A stretch of DNA of 64,000 bases from Bdellovibrionales bacterium (GTDB lineage: Bacteria > Bdellovibrionota > Bdellovibrionia > Bdellovibrionales > Bdellovibrionaceae). The stretch is from positions 32,001-96,000 of the forward strand of contig JANMPT010000077.1 in the NCBI GenBank assembly GCA_031370005.1, in the 5' to 3' direction. Shown here in pieces: positions 1-10,643 of the stretch. The notes under the pieces were generated by a model. The model made no database searches, was not told the origin of the DNA, and was given only the letters and a program-made list of their open reading frames with translations. The translations under genes were made by a program, and so were the position numbers. The first letter of the stretch is position 1. Every line of letters starts with the position of its first letter.

Positions 1-150
1 TTCGAAAATTTAATTTTCTTAACTGTAGCAACACAGTTTATGACCATTGCTATATTAGGATATAGTGAACTCCGACGCCAATCAGTTGGCGTCGCCAGTA
101 TACAAATGTTGTTTGTACTAATCATGTGGGCGCATCTTACAAAAAATCGT

Positions 151-1122
151 TTAAAGCCGAATATCCTTTAGCCAGCTTTTATTTTCTAGATGCCACTGGA
201 TGGTCTTATCCAGTCCCTGATCAAAGTCAATCTGAGGCTCCCAACCGAGAAGTCTCTTGGCTTTTGAAATATCTGCCCAGGTTTCTTTAATATCTGCTAC
301 ATGAAAAACGCGATTATCGATTGCCGCGCGCTTTCCCAATCGAGCCTCAATTCCTGCGATCACTGTATTAAGACTGATTGGATTCTGTCCGCCACCAAGG
401 TTAATCACCTCGTAGCCTAGCTCTTTACCCGCAAGAATGGTTCCTCGTGCGATGTCATCTACAAAGGTAAAATCCCGAGACTGAGCGCCATCACCAAAAA
501 CTTCCAAACGATCGCCTTGGTCAATCCATTGAATGAATCTAAAAATTGACATATCCGGACGCCCCCCAGGGCCAAACACTGTGAAGTATCGAACCACAGA
601 GACATCGATGCCATAAAGATAATGATAAGAATAGGCCATGACCTCTGCTGCTTTTTTGGAAGCCGCATAAGGTGAAATCGGGGTGTTCACGGCAAGATCT
701 TCTGAAAATGGCATTTTTTGTCCAGCATACAAAGAGGATGTCGATGCCAATACGAACTTTTTAATATTTTTTCTTTTCATCTCTGTTAAAAGATTCAATG
801 AACCCATCGCATTGGTCGTCATATAGACGTGGGGATTTTCCATACTATAGCGAACCCCTGCCCGTGCCGCCAAATTAAAGACAACATCAAATTGATGCTT
901 ATCAAAAAGGGTCTTCAAGGTCTCGCGATTTTCTATATCGAGCTCTTGAAATTCAAAGCCTTTTTTTTCCTTCAATTGCTCTAGGCGGTATTCCTTTAAC
1001 CGAACATCATAGTAATCATTGAGATTATCAATGCCCAGAACTTCAACACCCTCTTGAAGCAAAAACTCTGTAACTCGATTAGCAATAAAACCTGCAACTC
1101 CTGTGACCAGAACTTTTTTCAT
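151..1122 (-). CDS. NAD-dependent nucleotide-sugar epimerase (UDP-glucuronate 4-epimerase-like extended SDR)
   Basis: TGVAGFI Rossmann motif, NLAARAGVR, YAASKK catalytic motif; 4-nt overlap with the upstream dehydrogenase. Confidence 0.9.
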   Translation of the reverse strand: MKKVLVTGVAGFIANRVTEFLLQEGVEVLGIDNLNDYYDVRLKEYRLEQLKEKKGFEFQELDIENRETLKTLFDKHQFDVVFNLAARAGVRYSMENPHVYMTTNAMGSLNLLTEMKRKNIKKFVLASTSSLYAGQKMPFSEDLAVNTPISPYAASKKAAEVMAYSYHYLYGIDVSVVRYFTVFGPGGRPDMSIFRFIQWIDQGDRLEVFGDGAQSRDFTFVDDIARGTILAGKELGYEVINLGGGQNPISLNTVIAGIEARLGKRAAIDNRVFHVADIKETWADISKAKRLLGWEPQIDFDQGLDKTIQWHLENKSWLKDIRL

Positions 1123-2402
1123 AGACGTCCATCCACAAGCTCACGGGGTAATAGGCCTTTCACGTCATAGATTACATGGTCCTTTGAGTTCAGCTGGTGC
1201 CAGTTAATTTCTTTAAATTCATTATGAGCAACCGCTAAAACCACCGCCCTGTATTTCGAAAGATTTTTCAGGCAATCCACCTCTACGGGCTTAATGCTAT
1301 ATTCGTATTCAAGTTCCTCCGAAATAGCATGCGGATCAAAGATATCGACCTTGCAACCAAATGTCTTGAGCTCATTGATAACGTCAATCACGCGACTGTT
1401 CCTAACGTCAGGACAGTTTTCTTTAAAAGTCATACCCAAAATCAAAACACTGGCATTATTAACCGTCAGGTTCTTTTTAATCATAAGCTTCACCACCTGA
1501 CCGGCAACATGAACTCCCATATTGTCGTTGATACGGCGACCGGCGAGAATCACCTGGGGATGATAACCCAAAGACTCTGCCTTAAAAGTCAAATAGTAAG
1601 GATCCACCCCAATGCAGTGTCCACCCACTAGCCCTGGATAAAATTTCAAGAAATTCCACTTCGTGGAGGCCGCCTCAAGCACTTCGCGGGTATCAAGCCC
1701 CATACGCCCAAAAATCAAAGAAAGTTCATTTACAAAAGCAATGTTAATATCACGTTGAGAATTCTCAATAACTTTTGCGGCTTCTGCGACCTTGATTGAA
1801 GTAGCTCTAAATGTCCCCGCTTCGATAATCGCGCTATAAACTCCATCGACCACTTCCAAAGACTCTGGGGTCGATGCACTGACCACTTTTTTTATTTTTG
1901 TAATTGTTCGCTCTTTATCTCCTGGATTGATACGTTCTGGGCTGTAGCCGCAAAAAAAATCTATGTTAAACTTTAAGCCACTGCCTTTTTCCAAGATAGG
2001 AATGCAAACTTCCTCAGTACAGCCTGGGTAAACAGTGGACTCATAAACAACAATGTCCCCTTTTTTCAAAACACGAGAAACACTCTCTGAGGCCTTAATC
2101 AGAGGTGTCAAATCGGGCAGCTTGCTTTCATGAACCGGAGTCGGCACCGTAACAATATAAAAATCTGATTTAGCGATGTCCTCCAAATGAGAACTATAGC
2201 GAAGTTTAGACACTTTTAACTGAGCACCTTCAACTTCCCGGGTACGATCAAAACCACTTGAAAGCTCTTTAATGCGAAGATCACTAATATCAAACCCCAT
2301 TACAGGCATTTTCCGAGACAGTTCAACTGCCAAGGGCAACCCCACATAACCAAGGCCAACCACGGCTACGCTTCGCACAGAATTTTGCATAGAATTTCCC
2401 AT
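1119..2402 (-). CDS. Nucleotide-sugar 6-dehydrogenase (TviB/WbpO-like)
   Basis: GLGYVGLP, YESTVYPG, SPERINPG, GGHCIGVDP, FKENCPD; start set at ATG 2402 behind AGGAG. Confidence 0.9.
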   Translation of the reverse strand: MGNSMQNSVRSVAVVGLGYVGLPLAVELSRKMPVMGFDISDLRIKELSSGFDRTREVEGAQLKVSKLRYSSHLEDIAKSDFYIVTVPTPVHESKLPDLTPLIKASESVSRVLKKGDIVVYESTVYPGCTEEVCIPILEKGSGLKFNIDFFCGYSPERINPGDKERTITKIKKVVSASTPESLEVVDGVYSAIIEAGTFRATSIKVAEAAKVIENSQRDINIAFVNELSLIFGRMGLDTREVLEAASTKWNFLKFYPGLVGGHCIGVDPYYLTFKAESLGYHPQVILAGRRINDNMGVHVAGQVVKLMIKKNLTVNNASVLILGMTFKENCPDVRNSRVIDVINELKTFGCKVDIFDPHAISEELEYEYSIKPVEVDCLKNLSKYRAVVLAVAHNEFKEINWHQLNSKDHVIYDVKGLLPRELVDGRL

Positions 2403-2566
2403 AGATACTCCTAAAAAAGATCCATGGCATAATACATTGAACCGAGGCCCAGAGCAAAAAACCTGCAGTACGCGCATTGCATTATGCATGTGAGTGGCTC
2501 GTGAAAATAGATTTTTAACAAGAGCTCTGCTAAATTATAGATCCTAATCGCCAACATAAGGATTTT

Positions 2567-3118
2567 ATGGTTTTGGTTTTCGAAAAAACGGTCAAATAGC
2601 CTCAGCTTTACGCGAACTCCTTCCCCAAGCCACTTTTTTAAGCAGTACAGAGGCAAATTTCCTAGATCCGGCTTCGATTTTAAAGGCACTCAATCATCAC
2701 AATCCAAACGTGGTCATCAATGCCTCAGCCTATACCCAAGTCGATAAGGCGGAGTCTCTTGGGTATACAGTCCCTCGGGACAGAATATTAAAAAAACGAT
2801 TTTACGCTTAGCTGAGGAGCGTGAAGAGCTAAATATTGTCGGCGACCAGTGGGGAGCCCCCACTAAGGCCGAAGATATCGCTCGAGAAACCAAAAAAATT
2901 ATTGAGAACTACCAATGCAAAAAACCTTTAAAGTTCGGGCTCTATCATTGGAGATTTAGCGACTATACAACCTGGCGTCAATTCGCAGTGGAAATAGTCA
3001 AAGAGGCAAAAAAAAAGGGGGCGGGCACTTGAGAATTAAAAACATACATTCAATTCCCACCGAGGCCTACCCCACTCCAGCAAAAAGACCAAAAAACTCA
3101 AGATTGGGAACTATTCAC
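2567..3118 (+). pseudogene. rmlD: Decayed dTDP-4-dehydrorhamnose reductase
   Basis: Hand translation across frames: MVLVF / NGQIASALRELL...VVINASAYTQVDKAES / SWVYSPSGQN...IVGDQWGAPT...GLYH / YPTPAKRPKNSRL; frameshifts plus loss of the central catalytic segment. Confidence 0.85.
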
Positions 3119-4063
3119 TCAGAGCTTTCTTTTCAAACCCTTTAAGTCATCCATAATTTTCGTAAGAACGCCCTTTTCTTCTTTATCATGGTTGACATTA
3201 TTTTTCAGCTGTTTGATCGAAGCCTGTAGGCTAGCATAGTCTTCCTTGTGCTGAACATATCCCATCTCTTGTGCAATTCTCAACTGCTCCTGAGCATCGT
3301 TAAGTAAAACATTAGCTTCTTTTTTGTTAATCTTTTCCTCAGAAGACTGGCGCTGGACTTCTTCTAGGAGTGCCTGAGCTTTTATAACTGGTAAGGGTAT
3401 GGTTTGCTCTGTGATCACCACACTATTAAGTGCAGCAATCAACTCAGCTTTAGCTTCAGCAGCTTTATCTTCGCTGATCAGTTTTGCTGCGTTACGAATA
3501 GCCAAGGGGTAGACGGCCATTGGCAAGTTAGTCATTGAAATATTGATCTCACTTGAAAAGTCCCTTAAGGACTCACGCGCTAACTGGAACTCATTTTTAT
3601 TCACCTCAGTTTTAATTTGCTTTGCCATTTTTTTAACATTGGCCTCGTCAGCTACAAAATCTAAGATTCGCACATCCGTTGACATGGGAATCAGATCCAT
3701 ATTGGGATGCTCACTAAGCAAAATATCTATTTTCCCGAGGGCTTTTTCAAGTTCTGCACTAGCTTTGGTTGTATCTTTCTCATCCAAGTATTTAACTGCC
3801 ATACGGGTCTGCTCCCATACACCGAGGGCTTCTGCAATGGGCTTAAAGTTGCTTTCTGCTTCTGCTCTTTCTTTTGCAATCCGCTCTTGTTGAAGTTGGT
3901 CGGAATGACTTTTCTTAACGCCGCCTTCCATCTCTGGCTTCATAGCCTTTGCCGGGTTGCTGGAAGAGCCAACGGCCTTTGCATAACTCGAATTAAAAAT
4001 AAACATACACGTAACTGCGATCATAGTTGCGAACATTGGTGCTCTTATATTACAGGGTTTCAT
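3119..4063 (-). CDS. YfdX family exported protein
   Basis: Signal-peptide-like N-terminus; LEKALGKIDILL, LPMAVYPLAIRNAAKLI, IPLPVIKAQ pattern; GGAGG before ATG 4063. Confidence 0.75.
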   Translation of the reverse strand: MKPCNIRAPMFATMIAVTCMFIFNSSYAKAVGSSSNPAKAMKPEMEGGVKKSHSDQLQQERIAKERAEAESNFKPIAEALGVWEQTRMAVKYLDEKDTTKASAELEKALGKIDILLSEHPNMDLIPMSTDVRILDFVADEANVKKMAKQIKTEVNKNEFQLARESLRDFSSEINISMTNLPMAVYPLAIRNAAKLISEDKAAEAKAELIAALNSVVITEQTIPLPVIKAQALLEEVQRQSSEEKINKKEANVLLNDAQEQLRIAQEMGYVQHKEDYASLQASIKQLKNNVNHDKEEKGVLTKIMDDLKGLKRKL

Positions 4064-4239
4064 AATTCCTCCTAGTTGGTGTTTCATATGCTAAAATAGC
4101 CAAGCAAATAAGTGGCATCCTATGATATGAAGAAATTATGACGACTTAGACGCAAAATATTGGAATGCCAGGCCTCCGACTAAGCGCAACATTCTAGACA
4201 CGCCCTTGCCTTTTAGGCCCTCTCACTCAAGGATAGTCC

Positions 4240-4953
4240 ATGGTGAAAAAGTCCTCGCAAAAACCTGAAAATGCCTTCTTAAATATTATATTTAATATCT
4301 TAATTCCGATCTTGATTCTCAATAAAGGCAGCAAGTCTCTGGGCTCTTTTTGGGCACTTATCATAGCCTTGGCCTTTCCTCTGTCCTATGGAATTTATGA
4401 TCATATCAAGCGCAAAAAAACCAACGCGATTTCTGTTTTGGGGCTTCTCAATGTTGGAATTACTGGGACCTTGGCGCTTTTCAAACTTCATGGAATTTGG
4501 TTTGCAATCAAAGAAGCAGCTTTCCCATTGCTCGTTGGCAGCTTTGTGTTCGGATCAGCTTTTTCAAAAAATCCATTCATTTCGACCCTGTTTCTAAATC
4601 CACAACTAATTGATGTTGAAAGACTTAAGGGTCAATTATTTGAAAGGAAAACTGAAACAGATTTCCATAAACTACTCAAAAGATCAACTTTATGGATTTC
4701 CTTATCCTTCGTATTCAGTGCAATTTGTAATTTTCTTTTGGCGATTCGAATTTTTGAGCCTATCAATGAAGCTCTGGATTCCGAGGCTCAGTCTTTGATT
4801 CTAAATGAACAAATCGCTCGCATGACCACTTGGTCAATGGCAGTGATAGTGCTTCCCTCCATCATATTTTTAGTAGTGATTTTTTTATATTTAACCAAGG
4901 GAATGCAAAAGTTGAGTGGCTTAACCGAAGATGAACTCCTCGTTCAGAAGTAA
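4240..4953 (+). CDS. VC0807-family inner membrane protein
   Basis: NIIFNILIPILIL, ALAFPLSYG, WFAIKEAAFP; about 6 hydrophobic segments. Confidence 0.7.
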   Translation: MVKKSSQKPENAFLNIIFNILIPILILNKGSKSLGSFWALIIALAFPLSYGIYDHIKRKKTNAISVLGLLNVGITGTLALFKLHGIWFAIKEAAFPLLVGSFVFGSAFSKNPFISTLFLNPQLIDVERLKGQLFERKTETDFHKLLKRSTLWISLSFVFSAICNFLLAIRIFEPINEALDSEAQSLILNEQIARMTTWSMAVIVLPSIIFLVVIFLYLTKGMQKLSGLTEDELLVQK

Positions 4954-4957
4954 GTCT

Positions 4958-5686
4958 TTAGAATGAACTTCCATCCATGGGCATTGGTGGAGGAGGCGGT
5001 GGAAAGTAGCCCCCATCAAAGTCAGATCCTGGCTCCCCTGGGAACGGAATTGGTGGTGGCGGAGGAAAACCTTCAGGCGGCGGCTCAAAGGATTCAGGCG
5101 GCGGAAATGGTGGTGGCACATAGCCATCACTGAAGTCATCAAAGGTCGGCGGCGGAGGAAAGTTTGGCAATGGACTGTTGCCATCATGAATACTTCCTGA
5201 ATTGCTACTTGGAGTACTGATTCCAGGCTTGTTACCATAAAGATTTCTTTTAGCAATATCAAAACGCGGTCTTTCCCTATCAAGGCCGTACTCCTTTAAA
5301 GCCCACTCATCACGTTTTTCTTGTTCCTTGGTATTTTTCGGTTCTAATTCTTTTTGTTCTTTTGCATAGGCCTTTCGACTTCTTTTGTGCTCTTCATATT
5401 CTTTATACTTTTCTTCAAGATCAGCTCTGTAATCAGGGCTATTCACACTGGGAGCTTCTTGTACTTTTCGCTGCTTATCGGCTTGGCGATCTTTTTTGCG
5501 CTGCTCTTCCCAATCGGCCTGATCTTCCAGATAATCCTTTAGGCCGGCTTCGCGCTCCTGATCAAATTCTTTATCTGCCTTTTGTTGCAGGAGAAAACCC
5601 CTATATCTCGCTTCCTCGCTTTGCGCCAAAGAGTGAGCGCTCACTAAAACACCAATAAGAAAAACCCCAAGAGTTCTTAGAAACAT
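4958..5686 (-). CDS. Exported hypothetical protein, charged coiled coil with poly-Pro acidic tail
   Basis: Signal peptide (AHSLA-Q), E/K/R-rich middle, repeated FPPPP motifs. Confidence 0.7.
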   Translation of the reverse strand: MFLRTLGVFLIGVLVSAHSLAQSEEARYRGFLLQQKADKEFDQEREAGLKDYLEDQADWEEQRKKDRQADKQRKVQEAPSVNSPDYRADLEEKYKEYEEHKRSRKAYAKEQKELEPKNTKEQEKRDEWALKEYGLDRERPRFDIAKRNLYGNKPGISTPSSNSGSIHDGNSPLPNFPPPPTFDDFSDGYVPPPFPPPESFEPPPEGFPPPPPIPFPGEPGSDFDGGYFPPPPPPMPMDGSSF

Positions 5687-5812
5687 AGAGATAGCATACC
5701 CTGCTTTTAACTTTTGGAATAAACAAAGTAAAATCCCGAAAAATATACTCGACCTTCATCTGAACAGGCTCTATTATGAACGCCGATCTCGTTGCCCACA
5801 GGAGTCTGTTAA

Positions 5813-6823
5813 ATGGAAGTCTTACAACAATTTGGACTATTTACTGCGCAAACGATAGTTATCGTTCTGGCTATAGCTTCCATTCTGATTTTAATTGCCC
5901 TACTTGCCGCCAAGGCCCAAGGCAAGCCTGAGCTAGAAATCGAGCACCTAGACAAAAAATACAAGCATTTTGCGAAAATTCTTAAAAATGCAACTCTAAA
6001 CAAAGACGAGCGAAAAGAAGAAAAGAAAAAAGAAAAAAAGAACCTCAAAGTCAAAAGCAAGGAACATATCCGCAAAGTTTTTGTCATAGACTTTGATGGC
6101 GACATTAAAGCATCAGCTGTTGAACACTTACGTCAGGAGGTTACTGCCGTCATTAATGTCGCTAATCCTCAAGATGAAGTGGTGATCCGCCTTGAAAGCC
6201 CCGGTGGGGTTGTTCATGGTTATGGGTTGGCAGCTTCTCAATTACTTCGCCTCCGCGAAAAAAAAATTCCATTAACAATTTGTGTGGATAAGGTAGCTGC
6301 GAGCGGTGGTTACCTAATGTCTTGTACAGCAAACAAAATCCTCTGTGCCCCCTTTGCCATCATTGGTTCTATTGGAGTCGTGGCTCAGGTGCCAAACCTT
6401 CATCGTGTTCTAAAAAAACATGATGTGGATTATAAAGAATATACAGCTGGCGAATTCAAGCGTACGGTCAGTTTGCTTGGTGAAATCACTGAAAAAGGTG
6501 AAGAAAAGTTTAAAGAACAACTTGAAGCTACTCATCGCTTATTCAAAGGATTTGTTCAGAAAAATCGTCCAAACCTTGATCTCACCAAGGTAGCCACTGG
6601 CGAGTACTGGTACGGCCAAGATGCTCTTGATTTGGGCTTAGTAGATGAGATTCGTACTAGTGATGATTATTTATTGAACCAATCTGACACTAATCATATC
6701 ATTAAGGTCAGCTTCGCTAAAAAACAAAAACTTAGTGATAAGATCTCTGGAATTCTGGGACAAGCGGCTCACTCTGTGCTTCTGAAAGTCTATGAGAATC
6801 TTGAGAGAAAAACCTTCCTGTAG
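5813..6823 (+). CDS. sohB: S49 family protease SohB
   Basis: N-terminal TM; LESPGGVVHGYGLAASQL, VDKVAASGGY, IGSIGV, TAGEFKRT. Confidence 0.93.
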   Translation: MEVLQQFGLFTAQTIVIVLAIASILILIALLAAKAQGKPELEIEHLDKKYKHFAKILKNATLNKDERKEEKKKEKKNLKVKSKEHIRKVFVIDFDGDIKASAVEHLRQEVTAVINVANPQDEVVIRLESPGGVVHGYGLAASQLLRLREKKIPLTICVDKVAASGGYLMSCTANKILCAPFAIIGSIGVVAQVPNLHRVLKKHDVDYKEYTAGEFKRTVSLLGEITEKGEEKFKEQLEATHRLFKGFVQKNRPNLDLTKVATGEYWYGQDALDLGLVDEIRTSDDYLLNQSDTNHIIKVSFAKKQKLSDKISGILGQAAHSVLLKVYENLERKTFL

Positions 6824-6946
6824 CGCCGCACTAAAGTCTTTACTTTACTTTACATTGCAGCGCGCACTGAGATATTCATTCTTAACTGCCTCGTCAACTC
6901 GTTTTCTAAATCGGCTTAATATGGTAGGAACTTGAAGGAGATTGCT

Positions 6947-7912
6947 TTGTCAGAAGTTGTTTTGTCTGTGCGGGATTTAGAAACCACTTTTAAATCAAAG
7001 TTTGGTCCAATTCATGCTGTGAATAAAATTTCTTATGATATTCACAAAGGGCAAACCCTCGGCATTGTTGGTGAATCCGGCTGTGGTAAATCTGTAACCT
7101 CATTTTCAATTATGCGCTTGATTGAGCCTCCAGGAAAAGTCTCTGGTGGAGAAGTGTTCCTAAATGGTCGCGATCTTTTAAGTCTTTCAGAAAAAGAGAT
7201 GGAAGATGTTCGTGGTGCTGAGATGGCCATCATCTTCCAAGAACCAATGACTGCTTTGAATCCCGTTTTAACCATTGGCTATCAAATGGACGAACAAATT
7301 AAACGTCACATGAAGCTTTCTCCAAAGGATGCCAAAGACCGAGCAATCGAAATGCTGAATCTCGTAGGAATCCCCTCTCCGGCAAATCGCTACGGAACTT
7401 ATCCACACCAGCTTTCCGGCGGCATGAGGCAAAGAGCCATGATCGCCATGGCTCTTTCATGCAATCCAAAATTTTTGATTGCCGATGAGCCAACGACAGC
7501 TTTGGATGTTACAATTCAAGCCCAGATCTTGGAACTTTTCCAAGACATTCAAGAAAAACTTCATATGACCGTGCAATTCATCACCCATGATTTAGGAGTG
7601 ATTTCTGAAATTTCAGATCGAGTTCTAGTTATGTATGGTGGGCAGGCCTGCGAAAAGTCCGCAACCTCAGAAATTTTCTTAAATCCTCATCATCCCTATA
7701 CCGCAGCTCTAATTGAGTCTCGCCCCCGACTCGATCATCGAGTGAATCGCTTGAAAACAATTGAGGGGAGCGTTCCTGCCCCCATGGACCTGCCCCCTGG
7801 ATGTCCTTTCCAAAATCGTTGCCCTCGTGCAAAAGCTGAGTGCTTGACACAAAAACCTCCAATGACCAAAATCGGACCAGACCATGAAGTGGCCTGCTTC
7901 AATCCTCTTTAA
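6947..7912 (+). CDS. oppD: Oligopeptide ABC transporter ATPase (OppD/DppD)
   Basis: [26 protein letters not shown]-terminal Cys cluster; TTG start behind AAGGAG. Confidence 0.9.
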   Translation: MSEVVLSVRDLETTFKSKFGPIHAVNKISYDIHKGQTLGIVGESGCGKSVTSFSIMRLIEPPGKVSGGEVFLNGRDLLSLSEKEMEDVRGAEMAIIFQEPMTALNPVLTIGYQMDEQIKRHMKLSPKDAKDRAIEMLNLVGIPSPANRYGTYPHQLSGGMRQRAMIAMALSCNPKFLIADEPTTALDVTIQAQILELFQDIQEKLHMTVQFITHDLGVISEISDRVLVMYGGQACEKSATSEIFLNPHHPYTAALIESRPRLDHRVNRLKTIEGSVPAPMDLPPGCPFQNRCPRAKAECLTQKPPMTKIGPDHEVACFNPL

Positions 7913-7923
7913 GGAGAATCGCC

Positions 7924-8910
7924 TTGCAAGAAGTTCTTCTCGAAGCACGTAACATTAAAAAATACTTCCCAATTAAAAAGGGATTGCTTATGCGTGAGGT
8001 GGGCCAAGTCAAAGCTGTTGATGATGTCTCATTGATCGTCAAACGCGGAGAGACCCTTGGCTTAGTGGGCGAGAGTGGTTGTGGAAAGTCCACTTTGGGT
8101 CGCACATTGATCCGTCTTTACGAACCCACGAGCGGCGCTCTTAACTTTGGTGGCAAGGATTTCTTAAAACTTTCTGGCCAAGAACTCCGCCAAAAACGCA
8201 AGAATATCCAAATGATTTTCCAAGATCCATATGCTGCCCTTGATCCACGCATGACAATTGGGCAAATCATCAGTCAACCCTTCCAAATTCATAGCACGCT
8301 AGGCACAAAAGAAACTGAAATGAGAGTTAAAGAGCTTCTCGAGCTTGTAGGCCTTAAATCTTCTCAAATCAATCGCTACCCGCACGAGTTCTCTGGCGGC
8401 CAACGCCAGCGTATTTGCATTGCTCGCGCAATTGCCCTAGAACCGGAGCTAATTATTTGTGACGAGCCCGTAAGCGCTCTGGACGTTTCAATTCAAGCGC
8501 AAATATTAAATCTTCTCAAGGATCTACAAGTTCGTTTAAATCTAACTTATATTTTTATTTCTCACGATCTCTCCGTGGTAGAACACGTCTGCGACCGCGT
8601 GGCAGTCATGTATTTGGGGAAAATTGTTGAGGTTGCCACCCGTAATGAGCTTTTCGCCAAGCCTCTTCATCCTTATACTCAAGCTCTTTTAGGGGCAATC
8701 CCTCAAGTTGGTGAGGGCAAGAAACAAATGAGGAAGTCTCTGAGTGGCGATGTTCCAAGTCCAATCAACCCACCATCCGGCTGCCACTTTCACCCTCGCT
8801 GCGTCTATAAGATGGATATCTGCTCAAAGGAGCGCCCCCTTCTCAAGGGAACTAGCCACCAGACCTCATGCTGGTTGGTTGAACAAAATAAAAGCTTAGA
8901 TGAACGCTAA
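7924..8910 (+). CDS. oppF: Oligopeptide ABC transporter ATPase (OppF/DppF)
   Basis: [40 protein letters not shown]. Confidence 0.9.
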   Translation: MQEVLLEARNIKKYFPIKKGLLMREVGQVKAVDDVSLIVKRGETLGLVGESGCGKSTLGRTLIRLYEPTSGALNFGGKDFLKLSGQELRQKRKNIQMIFQDPYAALDPRMTIGQIISQPFQIHSTLGTKETEMRVKELLELVGLKSSQINRYPHEFSGGQRQRICIARAIALEPELIICDEPVSALDVSIQAQILNLLKDLQVRLNLTYIFISHDLSVVEHVCDRVAVMYLGKIVEVATRNELFAKPLHPYTQALLGAIPQVGEGKKQMRKSLSGDVPSPINPPSGCHFHPRCVYKMDICSKERPLLKGTSHQTSCWLVEQNKSLDER

Positions 8911-8923
8911 AAAAGGAGTCCCT

Positions 8924-10624
8924 ATGAAAGCAATTTTCGCTCTGACTATGCTTGCAGCACTTGGCTGTGCGACCCCGGCACAGTCTGCGCCAAGTAATAC
9001 GGAACTCAAAATCGGCATAAGCCAAGAGTTCGAAAACTTCAACCCACTTATTAAAACTATGTCGGCGACATCTTATATGTTCAGTCTTGTTGGCCGAACC
9101 TTAGTCAGCCTTGATGCTAACGGCAAATGGTATCCACAACTCGCAAAGTCCATTCCATCTTTGGCCAATGGCAGTGCTAAAATTATCGACGTCGATGGGA
9201 AAAAGAAAATCGTGGCAACTTGGGAAATCATCGACGCTGCGAAATGGGGTGATGGAAATCCTGTTATATGCGAAGATTTTGCTTTTGCCTTGAAAGTTGC
9301 CAGGGCACCAACCGTCTCTGTTGGCGAAAAAGAAACTTATACTTTAGTTGAAAAAATCGAAGCGGATCCTAAAAATCCAAAAAAATGCACTTTCACATAT
9401 GAAAAAGCTCGTTGGGATTTCTATCAATTGGGTCAATTCACCCCACTCCCAAAACACATTGAAGAAGCTGTGTTCAATAAATATGGAAAAGAAAAAGAAG
9501 GCTACGAAAAAAATTCGAACTATTCTAGAAACCCAAGTCTGAAGGGTCTTTACAATGGACCCTACGTGATCTCAGAAGTTAAGTTAGGGGACCATGTCAC
9601 CTTCACGCCAAATACGTACTTCTATGGGCCTCCAACTAAAATCCAAAAGATCATCTTCAAATTAATTCCAAATACAGGTACTTTGGAGGCGAATCTTCGC
9701 TCCGGAACCATCGATATGATTTCCCCTCTAGGTCTTTCTTTTGACGAGGCCGTGGCTTTTGACAAAAAAGTAAAAGCTGAAAAATTGCCGTACGAGGTGA
9801 CCTTCACACCATCTGTCACTTATGAGCACATCGACTTAAACCTCGACAATCCTATACTTAAAGATGTGAGAGTACGTAAGGCACTTGTTTATGGTTTGAA
9901 TCGTCAAGAACTTGTAAAAGCCCTTTTCGATGGAAAACAAGAAGTGGCTGTCCATAATATTTCACCAAAAGACTCTTGGTTCACCAAAGATCCGAAGGAG
10001 ATTGTTCTTTATCCATACTCAAAACGCGAAGCGGGAAAGCTACTCGACGAAGCTGGCTGGAAAATGGGCACTGATGGGTATCGTACAAAAAAAGGCAAGA
10101 GATTGTCTTTAGTGTTTATGACCACTGCAGGAAATAAAGTTCGCGAGCTTGTGCAGGTATACATGCAAAATCAATACAAACAGTTGGGTATAGAAATTAT
10201 AACTAAAAATGAACCGGCTCGCGTCTTCTTCGGAGAAACCACAAGAAAACGTAAGTTTGGTGCCATGGCGATGTTTGCCTGGGTTTCAAATCCAGAAAAC
10301 AGTCCAAAATCAGTTCTGCATACGGCTTCAATTCCAACCGAGAAAAATGGCTGGTCCGGACAAAATTTTATGGACTGGTCTAACAAAAAAGCTGATTTAT
10401 TAATGGATAATCTGGAGCTTGAATTTAACCCTGTGAAACGTACGCAACTGGTCCATCAAATCTTAAAGCTTTACACAGATGAAGTTCCAGCACTTCCATT
10501 GTACTACCGTTCAGATACCACTGTGATTCCTAAGAATTTAAAAAATTACAAAGTCACTGGCCATCAGTTTTCTGAGACCAATGAAGTAGAAAAATGGGAC
10601 CTCAACGGTACCATTCTGAACTGA
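8924..10624 (+). CDS. oppA: Peptide ABC transporter substrate-binding protein (family 5)
   Basis: Signal peptide behind AAGGAG; AKWGDGNPV, GPY, DVRVRKAL, LDEAGWKMG. Confidence 0.88.
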   Translation: MKAIFALTMLAALGCATPAQSAPSNTELKIGISQEFENFNPLIKTMSATSYMFSLVGRTLVSLDANGKWYPQLAKSIPSLANGSAKIIDVDGKKKIVATWEIIDAAKWGDGNPVICEDFAFALKVARAPTVSVGEKETYTLVEKIEADPKNPKKCTFTYEKARWDFYQLGQFTPLPKHIEEAVFNKYGKEKEGYEKNSNYSRNPSLKGLYNGPYVISEVKLGDHVTFTPNTYFYGPPTKIQKIIFKLIPNTGTLEANLRSGTIDMISPLGLSFDEAVAFDKKVKAEKLPYEVTFTPSVTYEHIDLNLDNPILKDVRVRKALVYGLNRQELVKALFDGKQEVAVHNISPKDSWFTKDPKEIVLYPYSKREAGKLLDEAGWKMGTDGYRTKKGKRLSLVFMTTAGNKVRELVQVYMQNQYKQLGIEIITKNEPARVFFGETTRKRKFGAMAMFAWVSNPENSPKSVLHTASIPTEKNGWSGQNFMDWSNKKADLLMDNLELEFNPVKRTQLVHQILKLYTDEVPALPLYYRSDTTVIPKNLKNYKVTGHQFSETNEVEKWDLNGTILN

Positions 10625-10643
10625 GCATGATCAGGAGGCTTCA

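Noticed and set aside
2411..2689. 92-aa minus-strand ORF
   Set aside because: Shadow of the rmlD remnant and intergenic DNA; no motifs
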